Shown: positions 57,001-63,750 of the stretch, one piece after another
How positions within the stretch are numbered: position 1 is the first letter of the stretch
Layout: the number at the start of each line of letters is the position of its first letter
From: an uncultured Caulobacter sp.
GTDB lineage: Bacteria > Pseudomonadota > Alphaproteobacteria > Caulobacterales > Caulobacteraceae
DNA length: 64,000 bases
NCBI GenBank assembly: GCA_964579695.1
Contig: CAZOHI010000003.1
Location: 11,384 to 75,383, forward strand
Direction of reading: 5' to 3'
Position numbers and translations under genes: made by a program
The notes under the pieces: model-generated
Told to the model about the DNA's origin: nothing
What the model saw: only the letters and a program-made list of their open reading frames with translations
Database searches by the model: none

Positions 57001-59332
57001 TGATGGTGTCGGTACCGTTTGCCGTACGGGTGTAGGCGAGCCCCTTCCCGCCTGACACTATGGTGGCCACGCCCTTAGTCGCCCCCGACACCGCCGTGAT
57101 CGTCAGCTGGTCTGCGTCGGCGTCCGTGTCATTCACCCGTGGGTCGAAGATCAGCGTCTTGCCGATACCAGTCAGGGTGTAGGAGTCGTTGTTGCCGACC
57201 GGCGCCTGGTTCGAAGCAGCGATCGTGTCCCGCACGGTGACAGTCGCCGTCGCCGTATTCCCCTGCCCGTCCGAGATCGTGTAGGTGAAGCTATCGCCCC
57301 CCGCACCGGTGCGCGTGTAGACGATCTTGCCGCCCGAGATCGTCGCCGTGCCCTTTGTCGGCGTCGACACCGCCGTGATCGTCAGGGAGTCCCGGTCGAA
57401 GTCGACGTCGTTCAGCCGGGGATCGAACGTCAGCGCCTGGCCGACCTCCGTCACCACGATGGTGTCTGCCATCGCCACAGGCGCCACGTTCGCGCCGCCG
57501 ACGGAATCCGACACCGTGATCGTGCCCGTGGTGGTCAGCCCCTGCGCGTCGGTGATCGTGTAGGTGATCGTGTCGATCCCCACACTGGTCCGAGCGTACT
57601 GGATTCCAGTTCCGCTACCGACAATCGTCGCCGTTCCCTTCGTCGCCCCCGTCACCGCCGTGATGGTCAGCTTGCCGTTCTCCGGGTCGCTGTCGTTGGC
57701 TCGCGGGTCGAAGGTGCGCGAAGCGCCCACCCCAACCACCAGGCTGTCGTTCGCCGCCGTCGGCGCCTGCGTCGTCAGCGCCGAGCTCTCGGCCACCGTC
57801 ACCGTGGCCGTGACCGTATTCCCCTGCCCGTCCGAGATCGTGTAGGTGAAGCTGTCGGCCCCCGCGCTCGTGCGCGTATAGGTGATCTTCGTCCCGCCAC
57901 CGGCGATGACGGCCGTACCCTTCGTCGGCGTCGATACCGCCGTAATCGTCAGCGGGTCGCCTTCAAAATCGCTGTCGTTGGTGCGCGGGTCGAAGGTGAT
58001 CGAGTCCCCCACCGCCGTCACCACGATGGTGTCCCCGCCCGCGACCGGGGCCAGGTTGCCGCCCGTACCGGGCATTGGTGCCGAGTATTTCGTCTCGGTC
58101 AGCAACTGGTTGTTGGCGCCGTAGGTGTAGACGACCGTATTGCCCAGCGCATCGCGCGAACTCGTGAGGTTGCCGTTCCCGTCATAGGCATAGGTGACGA
58201 CCGCGCCCGACGCGTCTGTGACCGTCTGCACGTCGCCATTGGTGTTGTAGGCATATTGCAGCACCTGGGCCGCCGCCCCCGAATGCGCCGGCGGCAGCTC
58301 CATCTTCGTCAGCTGGCCCGCGGCGTCGTAGGTCATCTTCGTGACCTGACCCGCCGGGTCGGTGATCGTCGTGACCCGCGTCGCGATGTTGTAGCTGAGG
58401 CTGGTCGTGCGCGTGACGCCCGCCGCCGCCGTCTGAACCAGCGACGTCACGCGGTAGTCCGACCCCACCAGAGTGTAGCCGACCGTCAGGCTCGAGCCAT
58501 CGGTCTGCGTGATCGACGCCACTCGCCGGCTCGCCCCGTCATAGGTATAGGTGGTGACATAGGTGTTGCCGTCGGACACCGCGTTGTCCGTCGGGCTCTT
58601 GTCGATCGTGACCGTCACCAGCCGGTCCGACGTGTCGTAGCCGTACCGCACCCTTGTCAGCGTGCTGAACGACCCGCCCTGGGTGGTCTGATATTTGGTC
58701 TCCACCTGCGTCAGCAGGGTCCCGGCGTAGACGAGGTCGGTGTAGTTGCCGTCCTGCGTCGTCACCCGCGACACTAGGCCCGAACCGTTGTAGGCGAACG
58801 TCAGCTTGTTGCCGTCCGCATCGGCGCTGGTGAGAATCCGCCCGCCGTTGTTGTTGTCGTAGCGCTCGGTGACCCGGCTGTCGCCGTCCGTCCAGGTCCA
58901 GACATTGCTCGCGTAGGTCAGGGTGTCGTACGCTCCCGCACCCTCCATAGAGACATAGGCGCTGCGCCCCGCATCCCAGGTGTAGACCGTCTCCGCTCCG
59001 TCCCAATCCGTCCGGGTCACCGTACTGCCGGCCGTATTGATCGTCCCCGTCAGCCCCGCGACCTTGCGCGACACGCCGGCCCGCCAGTTGTCGCCATTGT
59101 CGTCGTTCAGCGCCCCCAGGCTGTTGTACGTCCGCGCGATCGCATTGTCCGGCCCAAGACCAATCAGCATCTCGTCAACGTTGGAAACCACCAGGTTGCC
59201 CGTCGCCGCGTTGACGTAGACGTTCTCCTGCGCCCGGCCCAATCCCGCGTGCCCCAGCTGCCCCCGGGAGCCAAGCACGAACGCCGAACTGCGCTCCAGC
59301 CCAAGGCCCGCGCCTGCAACGATCGCAACCAT
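45053..59332 (-). CDS. Giant YD/Rhs-repeat polymorphic toxin with Ig-like repeats, LysM and C-terminal WHH (HNH/EndoVII) nuclease
   Basis: 4759 aa; dozens of Y.YD..GR repeats; 9 Ig-like repeats; LysM (RYVVREGDTFQSIA…ANG…GQTLTIP); hydrophobic/Gly-rich segment; tip FRWHHVDD…MELV.R.AH….GH.GA. Confidence 0.92.
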   Translation of the reverse strand: MVAIVAGAGLGLERSSAFVLGSRGQLGHAGLGRAQENVYVNAATGNLVVSNVDEMLIGLGPDNAIARTYNSLGALNDDNGDNWRAGVSRKVAGLTGTINTAGSTVTRTDWDGAETVYTWDAGRSAYVSMEGAGAYDTLTYASNVWTWTDGDSRVTERYDNNNGGRILTSADADGNKLTFAYNGSGLVSRVTTQDGNYTDLVYAGTLLTQVETKYQTTQGGSFSTLTRVRYGYDTSDRLVTVTIDKSPTDNAVSDGNTYVTTYTYDGASRRVASITQTDGSSLTVGYTLVGSDYRVTSLVQTAAAGVTRTTSLSYNIATRVTTITDPAGQVTKMTYDAAGQLTKMELPPAHSGAAAQVLQYAYNTNGDVQTVTDASGAVVTYAYDGNGNLTSSRDALGNTVVYTYGANNQLLTETKYSAPMPGTGGNLAPVAGGDTIVVTAVGDSITFDPRTNDSDFEGDPLTITAVSTPTKGTAVIAGGGTKITYTRTSAGADSFTYTISDGQGNTVTATVTVAESSALTTQAPTAANDSLVVGVGASRTFDPRANDSDPENGKLTITAVTGATKGTATIVGSGTGIQYARTSVGIDTITYTITDAQGLTTTGTITVSDSVGGANVAPVAMADTIVVTEVGQALTFDPRLNDVDFDRDSLTITAVSTPTKGTATISGGKIVYTRTGAGGDSFTYTISDGQGNTATATVTVRDTIAASNQAPVGNNDSYTLTGIGKTLIFDPRVNDTDADADQLTITAVSGATKGVATIVSGGKGLAYTRTANGTDTITYTLSDGHGNTTTATVEIDDSLGANGDPFTQVDFVDVVGGVPKIFDPRVNDYDPDGDPLIITSVNGAFYGTATIVGGGTAIEYTGPGYYEYLWYTVSDGRGGESYGDIVVMSGFGDQPPVANADDVIVGSSLTFDPRANDGDVDLDAITITAVSTPTKGTATIVGGGTAILYTRTSAGTDSFTYTITAGGQTATATITIGMPPANQAPTPMADSIVVRGIGDALTFDPLVNDRDVDVDTLTITAVSTPGKGTATLSAGKITYTRTSAGSDSFTYTVSDGNGHSQTVTVTVADVLPGTNGAPTAAVDQVTVGVGSSVSFDPRANDSDPDTDGLTITAASGSTKGTVSIIGGGTGITYTRSSAGTDSFTYTISDGRGGTNTATVTVLDPPASNQAPNAVADTIVVNAVGDAITFDPRVNDADFDRDTLTVTAVSTPGKGTATIVGGKIVYTRTSAGADSFTYTISDGNGHTDTVTVTVATISSGGAAVSTPFTTRYVYDAENHLTYVVSAEGHVTRYVYDTQGRQTAAIDYAANAYNISGLAPGASLSDSTMNTWASGISNKSTTTRTDTTYDFRGNVATVTSWEKTLSSGAADTSGASSQITYVYDQAGRLLSRQVGGSGPSETFLYDGMGRLIASDFNTVTTTIAFDDPATTTTITLSNGLQQVSTYNKAGELISYAEAASGMATVTTQYSYDAMGRLRYVSDPTGVGSHYLYDHVGRKVAEIGVDRSLVEYRYDANDRLVATIAYKNLLSAGQLNSLLSGGQPTAVQLSSVRPSSNAADRWEWRIYDAAGRLTQTIDAGGAVRSYAYDGASRLVSTTAYATVVAVAGYKTTLPTAPVSVTANAADDRTIRNFYDADGRLIGTLDGEGYLTQVVYDEAGRKTKTIGYATVTAQVDRAGGSFATLLAGVTATTNPKDIHNWFVYDGRDFLRATVNGEGDIVRYRYTALGYLDQEVRGQKLNPTTLIATPPTLASVASAPASGSLETTTWTRNLYGQALTEVRTLASGNETITYTYDAQRRLVSSAVSGTTADPRTQTQRYDVRGRLVGSLSGEGSAALAALGGSPTQSQIDNVYATWGVTYVYDAADRLVARIDPDGTGSSGRKTRYYYNTDGALTHTINALGEVVEQRYDVFGQRSDTIAYAARIASGTLATLNGGVVDTALTNAVTAITNAAADSKVTLGYNVTGTVSQSVDSLGYATTYAYNAFGEEVSRTKPFTSSISVTTASVYDRRGLLLSSTVDATGLNLISSAVYDAFGRAVQVTDPNGAVRSTAYDRAGRTIASTDALGQTTSYTYDGRGNTLTVTNRNGKTTSFTYNAFSRQVVMTTAEGISTTTNTSAHGQTLSIVDGAGRTTTYGYDKDGALKTVSDAAGTTTNAYDKAGRIVLVTNALGTKTAFTYDAASRVLTQVVDEGAGRLNLTTTYGYDAKGQRVQVTDAGGTVTEITFDRKGQKTAVVIDPGGLALRTEYTYDRSGRMLTATEGVGTAAVRATSYVYDRADRLTQTRVDPTGLNLSTSYTYDKNGNVAAKTDAASAKTRYVYDAENRLTWTVDAEGAVTRLTYDGEGRVTKTYAYATKVLAATLSSWPLAVTEAQVLAAVSTTAPDRASRVVYDGDGRATFEVDAEGYVTRYVYNGAGQVTEKVRYAAAYTVSDGATVPSLTTLIGSPAGAATTTFAYDNAGRLTDVTDPEGVVTRLVMDAIGQVTETKVAYNTTDEAVTRRVYDRAGRVTSETRGYGTAEASTTSYTYDALGRVLTTTDGRGFVTTRTYDAAGRLLTVSVPLDVGVNAVTTNQYDAVGNLVKVTDPRSNVGHFYYDKAGRLTLQVDPEGYATQTTYSVHGEPLTIKRYYTATTGAAVGAPPTLVTNAKDATTTIARDKLGRVTRVTDAEGAYENYTLDAFGDRISVRNKLGGITTNTFDKRGLLLTETLPINSVLAGGTVQATSVINKYAYDARGNRIQSIEAFGLAEQRTTAYAYDKLDRLVSKSGDAVQVTADNLSTVTTVTPTETYAYDKRGNLIQTTDAADAITFAWYDDLNRKVAEVDAMNSLKVWTYDANGNATKARIYGDFLTTTPTAGGTAPVPVNASNYRETLFEYDRNNRLVLTKVVGLTTGEYGSAYATSTGDITTQAKYDVAGNVIERIDERGNSTFLFYDRLGRQSAQVDQDNYLTVYERDAEGNVLKEERFATKLTGTVTIASNPVTLRAGVAGNAADRTTTFAYDRNGRRLTETRLAVNAHEVTSIGVLQAGAANATITYTYNGLGQVTRKTEANGDYIDYAYDVGGRQSTATKSAFTDHLGTNVQHRTVYEYDGLNNLSRMTERKASGTSADDRLTTFTYGAGGRMASMTDATGFTRSYAYDVTGRVVKESYTRARSDGTTVTEARAWRYDALGRAKLESTAVLSGSTWTFGDTTHYRYDSFGQLTGRGVTGDATVAAVYQETFDYDAGGRLWRTNADTGSTRILLHDATGRITLEIASVGTDLATHTAATALALLTNNGANAVGAVAVDGVVATITTYDKRGQATSTREPQRQLAKTGASTYATADIVKGRTYNAFGEVSSETDARSHTTDFAYNTMGRLVLKTSPEVSVTGEDGGAYLTRPEEAYYYDVSGRLIATEDANGNVERRTLLAGSGHGGEEAKVTAKFHADTSIEQIGYDFLGNARKFTNGLGAVETRAYDKGGRLLTIVRPQRSGGVQLTENYTYDGLGRRLTHWNSQLGSLVKEATDYDYKGRVTRMQDFGGNVTTYSYTWDPAIATGGLGAFGGWTKLTTIPANKTSTEKTDYFGRMAARTDYGGHVYTLTFDKAGRLVSQTSTADQNITYSYFNTGLMAGNVDATGYAGYYGYNVTAQYVYDVGGNRLKENYASTFWNYDWFTEQLIEGATTVHQNAVVTYDALNRMLSFVDDASGTSGTINVAWEYDAQGNIRRMTASSPALYESQDYWYAYDSMNRFVTTQGTLSGTAGASGTTIVRGELGTEHLYDAAGQRVMAIFNLVQVPWGIDVKDEYIYSADGYVMQVNSATFFSTDPPPTTLSTKLLYTRDALGRVLTVANPMGNNNNYSYTYNNKGEVTYSYSRTYNTGNEYIVTQQYYDYNMQTSPGVYNGQNLGGLATHVRTTKRYEQSNGTLKYNAPTSDTWYTYEWWDGGLKDIETLDPDAGSSSNPLSTSNMSYDTSGHLSSVYVNDASPFTINYVTDVQGQVLSRTQTNNAIKDVYLYFNGQKVADLRYSGAAIMTADFDQAYSGIYDSPTTKAETGGRYVVREGDTFQSIASQLWGDAALWWALAEANGMTSDSELAAGQTLTIPSNVEPIHNNADTFRPYDPNRAIGNTSPVRPKMPPPPKAEAGCGVAQIFVAIIAIVVVALVAPHAIAGVANLIGGAGTASVSAGALGFSGVTFAGVGGATVAAGATAASVGTIAVSSFVGGAIAGAVGSIVSQGAAMAMGIQDKFSWNAVALGAIGSGVTAGLANVGPLAGGSWGMAAMRGMAGNAITQGIGVATGMQDRFDWTSVAVAGVVSGVGSAVGGAIGGMFGSNPSQLESLVIDGISNLAGGVAGAASRSLIEGSDFGDNMMAVLPDVIAATVGNAIARGVSGLSERRQRNQTIDALAKLPAYENRSREDLADMADILKRFDANNGERGMALQRVLKSEEAQQTLGKYLDVERYETFIPSPPDEVGEDGGIIVTAPKPGTIKYALYTSQNAFQQIGGLSFDDAYAAVDVLDQNIRNSRASTGVEPALLSNEVDAFMMGAGDTATWVAEKIGERPLLRWSLEAVSVASGPAQYAIGKVLEPITEPAIGRLTEAAQDRFSSTGHTDADSGRGATGVLAVGSLVVGAALGGSVIRGLEIFTGFRLQINGLGGNGGNIGFRRLGAAERAADRGFPGVGTTPNGGPTFAGTPYLYAAGLGQSSVVQISLTGSRRSDNAAAFRAAGIEVTPEISDNFRWHHVDDFDPRTGTATMELVQRRAHEAASGHSGAVSQWEAFTRTRYRR
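55565..58057 (-). repeat. Nine tandem ~90-95 aa Ig-like/cadherin-like repeats inside the toxin gene
   Basis: Consensus N.AP.A..D….G….FDPR.ND.D.D.D.LTITAVS.P.KGTATI..G.I.YTRT..G.DSFTYTISDG.G….TVTV, counted nine times. Confidence 0.9.
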
Positions 59333-59524
59333 CTGAAGTCCCCCGGAAACAGTCCTGCGGGCACCGCCTCCGGTCCCCCCGTTTCAATCCTTCATCCGGA
59401 GAAGACGCCGGCCGTTTAGCTATTTTTTCGCGCTCAGCTCGACAAACAGGCCTGACTCGCCTTGCGGAACGCAAGAATTTCAGGTGAACTCCACCCTCAG
59501 TAGCTTAAGCGCCAGAGGGGAGGC

Positions 59525-59797
59525 GTGACATTGGGGGCGGATCAAGCGCTGGAGCTGATGAATCAGCTCCTCTGGAACAGCATGCTCGTGGCTGCGCCCG
59601 TACTCATCGCCGCCCTGGCGGTGGGACTGACGATCAGCGTGCTGCAAGTGGCGACTCAGCTGCAGGAGATGACCCTCAGCTATGTGCCCAAGATGCTGGC
59701 GGCGGCGCTCGTGCTTATGGCGCTTGGCCCCTGGATGATCCATCGGATCACCCGCTTCGCCGTCTACACTATCAAGATGATCCCGGCGCTGGGCTGA
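59525..59797 (+). CDS. fliQ: FliQ/SctS-family export apparatus protein
   Basis: LAVGLTISVLQVATQLQEMTLSYVPK; GGAGG RBS before the GTG. Confidence 0.92.
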   Translation: MTLGADQALELMNQLLWNSMLVAAPVLIAALAVGLTISVLQVATQLQEMTLSYVPKMLAAALVLMALGPWMIHRITRFAVYTIKMIPALG

Positions 59798-59799
59798 AC

Positions 59800-60558
59800 A
59801 TGACGCAGGGATTGGTCGGCTGGGCCTTCTCCAGCCTTTTGCTTAGCCTGAGGATCGCGCCCGTCTTCGCCATGGCGCCGCCCTTCACGCTCACGCGGAC
59901 GCCAGCGATGTTCCGCACCCTTTTCGCGCTGGGCGTCGCGACGTGTCTCGTCTCGGCAAATCCGGCGACGACGACCATCACCGACTACAGCCTCGGAGGG
60001 CTGGTCGGCACGGCCATGCGCGAACTGATGCTGGGCGCCATCTTTGCCATGGCCTTCCAGGTCACCTTCGGCGCCCTCTACATGGCCGGGCGGACCATCG
60101 ACATCCAGTCCGGTTATGGGCTGGCGCTGTTGATCGATCCTACCACCCATAGCCAGACACCCCTGGTCGGCACGCTTTTCGCCCTGGCGGCGGGCGCGGT
60201 GTTCTTCGCCATGGACGGTCATGCCGAACTGCTTCGCATCCTGGCCGCCTCGCTCGATGCTATTCCCCTCGGCGGAGGCGCCGTCCCCACCAGCCTGAGC
60301 CCGCTGACCGCCTTCATGGGCGCGGTCTTCCTGACCGCCTTCGGCGTGGCCGGCGGAGCGATCCTTAGCCTGTTCCTGGCCGACATCGCTATCGCCATGC
60401 TCTCACGCACTGCGCCCCAGATGAACGTCCTGCTGCTGGGCTTTCAGGTGAAGGCCATACTGCTGCTGCTCGTGCTGCCGTTGACCTTCGGCGTTGCTGG
60501 CGCGCTCCTCGCACGGCTCGCCCGCATGACCCTCGAAGCCATCCCGAGGCTGCTATGA
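59800..60558 (+). CDS. fliR: FliR/SctT-family export apparatus protein
   Basis: LRIAPVF, RELMLG, AGRTIDIQSGY, LSRTAPQMNVLLLGFQVK. Confidence 0.92.
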   Translation: MTQGLVGWAFSSLLLSLRIAPVFAMAPPFTLTRTPAMFRTLFALGVATCLVSANPATTTITDYSLGGLVGTAMRELMLGAIFAMAFQVTFGALYMAGRTIDIQSGYGLALLIDPTTHSQTPLVGTLFALAAGAVFFAMDGHAELLRILAASLDAIPLGGGAVPTSLSPLTAFMGAVFLTAFGVAGGAILSLFLADIAIAMLSRTAPQMNVLLLGFQVKAILLLLVLPLTFGVAGALLARLARMTLEAIPRLL

Positions 60559-61646
60559 GCGGGGAAGACGCCGAGCAGAACAAGTCCGAGCAGGCCTCGC
60601 CCTACAAACTGCAGAAGGCGCGGGAAAAGGGCGCCGTGGCGCGCGGCACGGACCTGGGCTTCCTCACGGCGACCTCCGCCTTCATCGGCTATGCCTGGAT
60701 CGCCGGGCCGGCGGCCAGGACGCGGATCGCCGAGGCTGCGGAACGCGCCATCGTGGCCGCCGGCAACGTCGTGGCCGGGCCCAACGAGCTGATGGCCGTA
60801 ACGGGCGCCGTCCTGGCCTCCGCCGTTCGGCCGCTGGCCTTCATGGCTGCCACGGTCTTCGTGGTGGTCCTTGTCTTCGAAATGGCGCAGCTGCGCGGCT
60901 TCGTCTTCTCGACCGAGCCGCTCAAGATCCAGTTCAACCGGCTGAACCCCGCCCAGAACCTCAAGCGCCTGTTCTCGCTGCGGATTCTCCTGGAGACCGG
61001 CAAGAACATCCTAAAGATGGCGACCTACCTCACATTGGTCTGGTGGGTGATCCGCCACGCCCATCAGACGAACACGCCTGCCATCGATGACGCCCGCGAC
61101 CTTGTCCGCGTCATGGCCCAGACGGCGCTGAAGCTGATGGTGGTCTTTTCCGGGGCGGCGGTGGTCTTCGCCGCCATGGACCAGTTCATCACGCGCCGCG
61201 ACTTCTCCAAGAAGATGCGCATGAGCCGGCGCGAGGTGCGCCGCGAGCACCGCGACCGCGAAGGCGAGCCGCGGATGAAGCAGAAGCGCAAGCAACTGCA
61301 CGCCGAGTTCGTCAAGATGAGCCAAAGCCTGCGCGGGGTGCGCGGCGCCGACATCCTGGTGACCAACCCCACGCACTATGCGGTCGCCCTGCGGTATGAT
61401 GGCGCGGCGATGACGGCGCCGAAAGTGGTCTCGCTGGGAGCGGACCACTTCGCCCTGCGCCTGAAGCGCCTAGCCTTCCTCTACGGCGTGACCATCGTCC
61501 AGAACCGGGAGCTCGCGAGGGCCCTGTACGCCCGTTGCCAGCTCAACAGCGAAATTCCGGAAGCTCTCTACCAACCCGTGGCCGACCTATACACGGCCAT
61601 GCGCGGCGGGAACGGAAAGACGCGGAACGCGACCGCCCATGCTTAG
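60555..61646 (+). CDS. flhB: FlhB/SctU-family substrate-specificity switch
   Basis: KSEQASPYKLQKAREKG, RMSRREVRREHRDREGEP and the autocleavage motif NPTH. Confidence 0.93.
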   Translation: MSGEDAEQNKSEQASPYKLQKAREKGAVARGTDLGFLTATSAFIGYAWIAGPAARTRIAEAAERAIVAAGNVVAGPNELMAVTGAVLASAVRPLAFMAATVFVVVLVFEMAQLRGFVFSTEPLKIQFNRLNPAQNLKRLFSLRILLETGKNILKMATYLTLVWWVIRHAHQTNTPAIDDARDLVRVMAQTALKLMVVFSGAAVVFAAMDQFITRRDFSKKMRMSRREVRREHRDREGEPRMKQKRKQLHAEFVKMSQSLRGVRGADILVTNPTHYAVALRYDGAAMTAPKVVSLGADHFALRLKRLAFLYGVTIVQNRELARALYARCQLNSEIPEALYQPVADLYTAMRGGNGKTRNATAHA

Positions 61647-63666
61647 ACAGATCCTCGGCCGGAACCAGGACCTGTTCCTGGTGTTCGGCCTCATCTCCAT
61701 CCTGCTGGTCTTGTTCTCGCCGATCCCGCCGGTCCTGCTGGACCTGCTGATCATCGTGAACTTCGCCTTCGCGCTGACCATCCTGATGCTGACGCTCTAC
61801 GTAGAGAAGCCGGTCGGCTTCTCTACCTTCCCGTCATTGCTGCTCGTCGCGACCCTCTATCGGCTGGCGATCAACGTCGCCGCCACACGCCTGATCCTGA
61901 CCGACGCCCACGCTGGCGACGTGATCGGAGCCATCGGCGCTTTCGCTGTCCAAGGCAGCTTCATCATCGGCCTGGTCGTCTTCTTCATCTTGGTGATCGT
62001 GCAATACGTGGTCGTCACGTCAGGCGCCCAGCGGGTGTCGGAGGTGGCCGCGCGCTTCGTGCTGGACTCGGTGCCGGGCCAGCAGATGAGCATCGACGCC
62101 GACCTTAACATGGGCCTCATCGACCAGAACGAGGCCAAGCGGCGGCGCAAGGAACTGGAGAAGGAAGCGGCCTTCTACGGGTCGATGGACGGGGCCAGCA
62201 AGTTCGTCAAAGGCGACGCCATCGCCGGGATCATCATCCTCCTGATCAACATCTTCGCAGGCTGGATCATCGGCATCGCGCAGATGGGGATGGACTGGCT
62301 GACGGCGCTACAGACCTTCACCCTGCTGACCATCGGCGACGGCATTGTCAGCCAGGTGCCGGCCCTGATCATCGCGGTCGCCACCGGGATTATCGTCACG
62401 CGTTCATCGGCCGACCGGCAACTTTCAGCGGAAGTGCTAAGCCAGTTGGCGTCCGTGCCCCGCATTCCGATCATCGTGATGGGCGCGCTGCTCATGCTGC
62501 TGCTCCTGCCGGGGATGCCGAAGTGGCCTATCGCGATCCTGATCGGGCTAGCCGCCGCAGCCTGGTTGGCCTCGCGCCGCAGGCGGGCGGAAGACCTGTT
62601 GAACGCTCCTCTCGACCAGCCCGATCCCGTTTCCGCCGCCGAAACCCGCCCGGCCGCCCCGGTGGAGGTGCTGTTCGGCAAGGACCTCAGCGCCCATTGG
62701 CAGACGCTGAAACCGCTCTTGGGAGAGCGCATCGCCGCCCTGCGAACCCAGCAAGAGAAGGCCAGCGGCTTCTCCTTCCCTGCCGTCGTGTTCCAGGATG
62801 CGGCCCACCTGGGACCCAACGATTACGAGGTGATGCTGTTCGGGGCCCGCCACGCCCAGGCCCGGCTTTATCCGGAAAGCACACTGGCCATTCGCACCGC
62901 CGAAGCGAGCGAGCCGCTGGTCGGGATCGAGGGCCGCGACCCCGCGTTCGGCCTGCCGGCGGTCTGGATCGACGCTGGCCAGCGCGACCAGGCGCAGGAT
63001 ACCGGCTACACCCTGGTGGACCCGATCACCGTGCTGATCACCCATCTCGGCGAGGTCCTGCGCGCCGAAACGCCGCACCTGCTCTCGCGCAGCGACGTGG
63101 TGGCCATGCTGGAGGGCGTGCGCTCACGCCAGCCCGGCCTGATCGAGGAACTGATCCCGGCCATCGTCACGGTGTCCGACGTGCAGCGGGTGCTCCAGAA
63201 CCTGCTGGCGGAGGAAGTCTCCATCCGCAACATCGACCAGATCGCCGAGGCGCTGATCGACGCAGGGCGCCACACCAAAGATCACACCGAGCTGACTGAG
63301 CAGATCCGCCAGCGCCTCAGCCACGGCATCTGTCATGGCCTGAGGGCTGGCCACGAAGAGCTCTCGGTCCTGAGCCTCAACCCTCGCGTGGAAGCGCAGA
63401 TCGCCGAGAACATCAGGAGGTCCGACGGCGGCGGGGCCTTCGTTATCGACCCGCGCCTGGCCGAGCAATTGATGCGCCGCCTGATCCCGATGGCCGAGGA
63501 CATGATGCGCCAGAGCCTGTCGCCGGTGCTGTTGTGCGGCCCCGAAATCCGCCGCCACCTGAAGACCTTCACCCGCCGCAGCATCCCCCGGCTGGCCATC
63601 CTCTCGGTCAACGAGGTGCCGCACACCATCGACCTGAAATCGTTCGGGATCGTCAATGTCGACTAA
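61639..63666 (+). CDS. flhA: FlhA/SctV-family export gate protein
   Basis: FSTFPSLLL..TLYRLAINVAATRLIL, RVSEVAARF.LDS.PG.QMSIDADL, FYGSMDGASKFVKGDAIAG; cytoplasmic C-domain VLQNLLAEEVSIRN. Confidence 0.95.
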   Translation: MLRQILGRNQDLFLVFGLISILLVLFSPIPPVLLDLLIIVNFAFALTILMLTLYVEKPVGFSTFPSLLLVATLYRLAINVAATRLILTDAHAGDVIGAIGAFAVQGSFIIGLVVFFILVIVQYVVVTSGAQRVSEVAARFVLDSVPGQQMSIDADLNMGLIDQNEAKRRRKELEKEAAFYGSMDGASKFVKGDAIAGIIILLINIFAGWIIGIAQMGMDWLTALQTFTLLTIGDGIVSQVPALIIAVATGIIVTRSSADRQLSAEVLSQLASVPRIPIIVMGALLMLLLLPGMPKWPIAILIGLAAAAWLASRRRRAEDLLNAPLDQPDPVSAAETRPAAPVEVLFGKDLSAHWQTLKPLLGERIAALRTQQEKASGFSFPAVVFQDAAHLGPNDYEVMLFGARHAQARLYPESTLAIRTAEASEPLVGIEGRDPAFGLPAVWIDAGQRDQAQDTGYTLVDPITVLITHLGEVLRAETPHLLSRSDVVAMLEGVRSRQPGLIEELIPAIVTVSDVQRVLQNLLAEEVSIRNIDQIAEALIDAGRHTKDHTELTEQIRQRLSHGICHGLRAGHEELSVLSLNPRVEAQIAENIRRSDGGGAFVIDPRLAEQLMRRLIPMAEDMMRQSLSPVLLCGPEIRRHLKTFTRRSIPRLAILSVNEVPHTIDLKSFGIVNVD

Positions 63667-63750
63667 CGCACGGAGAGAAAACTGCTTCAAATATCGCCCT
63701 GCGATAAAATCGCGCTTGCGCCCGCATCGGGACAGAAGTTAAATCGCGAT

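Noticed and set aside
55565-58057. Tandem DNA repeats as a possible CRISPR array
   Set aside because: They are ~280-bp in-frame coding repeats with synonymous divergence; no short repeat-spacer array or cas gene anywhere in the window.
45053-59332. T6SS-, CDI- or RTX-type assignment of the giant toxin
   Set aside because: No PAAR/VgrG/DUF6531-like N-terminus recognised, no TPS signal or CdiB partner, no GGxGxD RTX repeats.
59333-59524. Sigma-54 or sigma-28 promoter in the toxin/fliQ divergent region
   Set aside because: The nearest GG…TTGC spacing does not fit GG-N10-GC, and no convincing TAAA-N15-GCCGATAA was seen.
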